DNA of 50,740 bases, taken from NCBI GenBank assembly GCA_032718475.1, contig JAUCBJ010000312.1, forward strand, positions 1-50,740, written 5' to 3'. The notes beneath the pieces were generated by a model. That model made no database searches. It was given only the letters and a program-made list of their open reading frames with translations, and was not told the DNA's origin. Each line of letters starts with the position of its first letter. Position 1 is the first letter of the stretch. The position numbers and the translations under genes are program-made. Shown here piece by piece: positions 47,626 to 50,740 of the stretch. The stretch is from Nemertoderma westbladi (taxonomy: Eukaryota; Animalia; Xenacoelomorpha).

Positions 47626-48276
47626 TTTTGGAGGAGCGAGATAGAGAAGGAAGGCTTGCGAGCCTACCATTAGCAATTGGTGCTCAGGAGAAGATATCCA
47701 GACCAGCAGGACGAACTTTTAGATCGTCAGGAGGACACTTTAAGACTTATTTGAAAGTTATTAGCGCATTATGTTTATTTTATATTTGGACTGATTTAAT
47801 TTAGTGAATTTATTATGTATATTTACAATATATAAAACTTATTGAAAGATTTAAAATTATTTGTTCGATTTGTTTCGATTTGTTTTGTTCTGATTTGTTT
47901 AATTTGTTTATCTTGATAACCGAAAGCTCTTTTGTATTTTATGCACTAAAGTTGATTGGTAAATTTGTATTTGTATGTATGATGGATTGTATTTACGCCG
48001 TACCTGCAATATTAAGTATGCAATAATTAGATAGTGATGATTTTATATTTTAGGCCCCACCAATAGATTTAGAAGTATTTGTAAATAGTTTGTATCTCGA
48101 TTGGTGAAAACAGTCTTACTTACTGTTTTCATGGAGCGGTGATGGATTATTTCACTATAAGATAGCATTTGTAGTTTAACGTAAAAAACTTTCGAAAATC
48201 CGACGCATTTTGATTAAGTTACAGTAATGTAATATGCCTATTCATATTAGTACACATAAAACCCCTAGTTAATCTT

Positions 48277-48350
48277 GTGGCGTAGTGGTCAGATGGTTAA
48301 GGCGTTGGTTGCATTACATATAGGTTACGAGTTCGAATCCCAGTCGGGAA
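48277..48350 (+). mobile_element. tRNA-derived SINE head or tRNA pseudogene
   Basis: A-box-like tggtcagatggttaagg and B-box gagttcgaatccc. Acceptor and anticodon stems do not pair. Confidence 0.45.
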
Positions 48351-50435
48351 ATTTGCATTTTGGGGCAATTTATTTTCATTTGATACAAATTGATAAACCA
48401 ATGAGGTGCGTACAACACATGGAACGATGAGTTGGGCCAATCATGGGCATGGAATATCTTATTGCTCCAATGTGAGGCCATGGAATACTCTGGAAAGTTC
48501 TTGTGGATTCTATGTCCCAGATTTAGTATATAAAGGGCTGGTTTGCCTTCGGTTATCACTACTAACCATACCCCTTGCTTCACTTCGTTTTAACTTTAGT
48601 TACATGTTTCTTGTTGAAACTATTTGGTAAATCTGTTTGATAAAGTTTTGTAAACTGTAAATATACTATAAAACTTCTGAACATGCACTTTTCTGAACGT
48701 CCAACTTTGGGACAACCAAGCATCGGGAAGATGGCCGCCTAGACCGTTAGGCCGTCAGCAACGCAGGGAAAAGATGTCCACAACACGCTAGCGCCCACAT
48801 TAGCTTAGACCGCGCACCCCCTTCGCCCTTCGAAATACTCCACTTTGCCATGCAGCGCCCGCTTTATGAGGAAGGTAAGACTTTGTTTGACGCCCTTGCC
48901 CGACGTAAGACCTATAGATCAGGGTAAGCGTGATGCCATCCTGGGACGCCGCAAATTTAGGATCAAATAACTATATTCTGACAGAACCCCCATCAGTAGT
49001 ACGAATCCCTGGGTTACCTGTATACCTCACAGGTGCGAATTATTGCCGTCCGTCAGTACGCGAGTACATATTAGGTACAGACAGCATATGTTCCATAATT
49101 TAGTGATTCGCAGTACTGACCGTTTGGTACCGGTTCGCTTTGTAGAATATACATTAGTACCCCCCCCCCCCCCCCCCCCCCTCCTGTCTGAACTTTAGTT
49201 ATTTGATCAGGCAAGGAGTATTTCTGCTACCGGCACACCGCTTGGCCTAGGGAGGTTTATTAATATACTACCGCGCCTTGCCACGTACTGATAGGTATTG
49301 CTGCTAACCACCGCGGCAACAAAGTTCTAGAATCAAATTTGTATACCAGATCAGCTAACGTACGGTAGCGATTAAACCCTATTTCTTATCTTACAACCAG
49401 AATCTGGTATTTGTGCCGATCACGGGTGTAGTTACTAACACCGTAATTGCCCGGTTGAGATGTGGATAGGAAGGAGAGAGCTTTGACGTCATTTGTAAGT
49501 ATAAAGTTCTACAAAACACGACTAGCTTATTTTCATAGCTAGCGCACGGTATTGTTTGGTCAGAGAATTACTAAAACCTAGTAAAATGATATACACCAAA
49601 ATTGTTTTATTGTAACACACCCACACACACGCCCTAAAACATATTTACCCTTAGAGTTCTACTAGATAGCGCACTTTAGATTACCTTTAGGCAGAATTTA
49701 TCTGTAATTTACTATTCGTATTTGTAAGTTTAGGATCTGATATTTAGTTACGGCAAAAGGGAGTATTTATTTCGTTATTAAACTGTTGTTTGTCTGAGCA
49801 ACGGTATCGTTACATTAGGCACGACCCTCTTTAGACTGATTTAGTACAGGGGATCAGTATTGTTACGCTAGGTCTTTTAACCCACTAGCTCGTACTACTG
49901 GACTCGTATACTACTGGACTTTACACAGAATATGTGGCTTCAGGAATCGAAATGTTACCTTTATTGGTACTATTTTACCTATGTGTCATTTATGACACAT
50001 CTGGCCTTTCTAGTAACTTTTTAAAATATTCATAGTAGGGATGGCTGTAAAAAAATTTTACTCCACGAGCTTGTAGAACTTTCAAAAGTAGTAAGACTTT
50101 GGAAAATATGGACCTTCACGATTACAATGTAGCTTGTGAGGCATGGTCAAGTCTGATTTGAGTCAAGAATGACACATTGGCCTTTCTAGTGTTAATTTAA
50201 TTATTAATTATTAATTAATTATTATTAACTTGGTGGTTCCCACGTCTGGGTTATTGTACCCGGTAGGCCTATATCCCATTCAGGGTACTTAGCCGCATGG
50301 CAGTCCCTTATATGGTGAAGGCATTATTATGCCTATTACTTTTGACACTACAAGTCAATAGACTTGCAGCTGCAAGTGTTGCTAACCAGGAAATATCAGA
50401 AGATCTAGAAATGAAGAGAAGAGTTACTGGTTAGT

Positions 50436-50552
50436 TAAATATTGTGCTAGTTATTTATTATTGATGTGAGTATAAAATAAAGCTACAATTCCCAATAAAT
50501 ATTGTGCTAGTTATTTATTATTGATGTGAGTATAAAATAAAGCTACAATTCC
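50436..50552. repeat. 60-bp tandem duplication
   Basis: taaatattgtgctagttatttattattgatgtgagtataaaataaagctacaattcc at 50436 and 50496. Confidence 0.95.
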
Positions 50553-50740
50553 TGTAAGCGGATTCAGTTCTGCTGCATTACCCTCATCATTTATGATGAT
50601 GATGTGGGGGGCGAGGAGTAAGAGGCAGAGTGAGGGACAAAGAGGTCCGAGAGTAGAGTGGAGTTAGAGTGAAACTAAAGAAGTTAGAGTCAGTTTAGAG
50701 TAGAGTTGTTCGCGCTTTTGAAGACCTTTAGCAGTTTAAC
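50553..50740 (+). mobile_element. Probable start of an LTR-like interspersed repeat, running off the window
   Basis: Begins TGTAAG. The last 33 bp (gttcgcgcttttgaagacctttagcagtttaac) are identical to 24999-25031. Confidence 0.35.

Noticed and set aside
48277-48350. Functional tRNA gene
   Set aside because: A and B boxes are present but the cloverleaf stems do not pair.
48650-49814. Solo LTR (TGACGTCA, TATAAA, ATTAAA, ..TTACA end)
   Set aside because: No matching 5' boundary or TSD could be identified.

Overview
AT-rich eukaryotic DNA, most likely an invertebrate animal. It is dominated by nested transposons, degraded LINEs and tandem repeats, and most long ORFs in the track are repeat artefacts. 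Five things stand out. (1) A ~9.7 kb IS3EU-like DNA transposon (32684-42352, TACGGTGGC terminus, palindromic SalI-centred subterminal arrays) carries an integrase-type DDE transposase and a convergent, intronless HECT E3 ligase gene. It sits inside a pogo-like MITE and is itself interrupted by a 4.4 kb long-TIR element with a 5-bp TSD. (2) A duplicated exon (15820-16716 and 31436-32376) has an N-terminus resembling the N-terminal helical motif of PDE5/PDE11 phosphodiesterases; in copy 2 it splices in phase to a C2H2 zinc-finger exon (29195-29739), suggesting a new type of ZnF-associated domain. (3) Paralog comparison shows TA-CCG-TA and TA-CCGG-TA insertions, likely transposon excision footprints, and one is the only lesion in exon copy 1. 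(4) A degraded three-exon gene of unknown family with a Cys cluster lies at 79-5448. (5) A 7.2 kb 20-bp satellite contains a 2687-bp higher-order duplication. All family assignments come from motif recognition by eye, and no searches were run.
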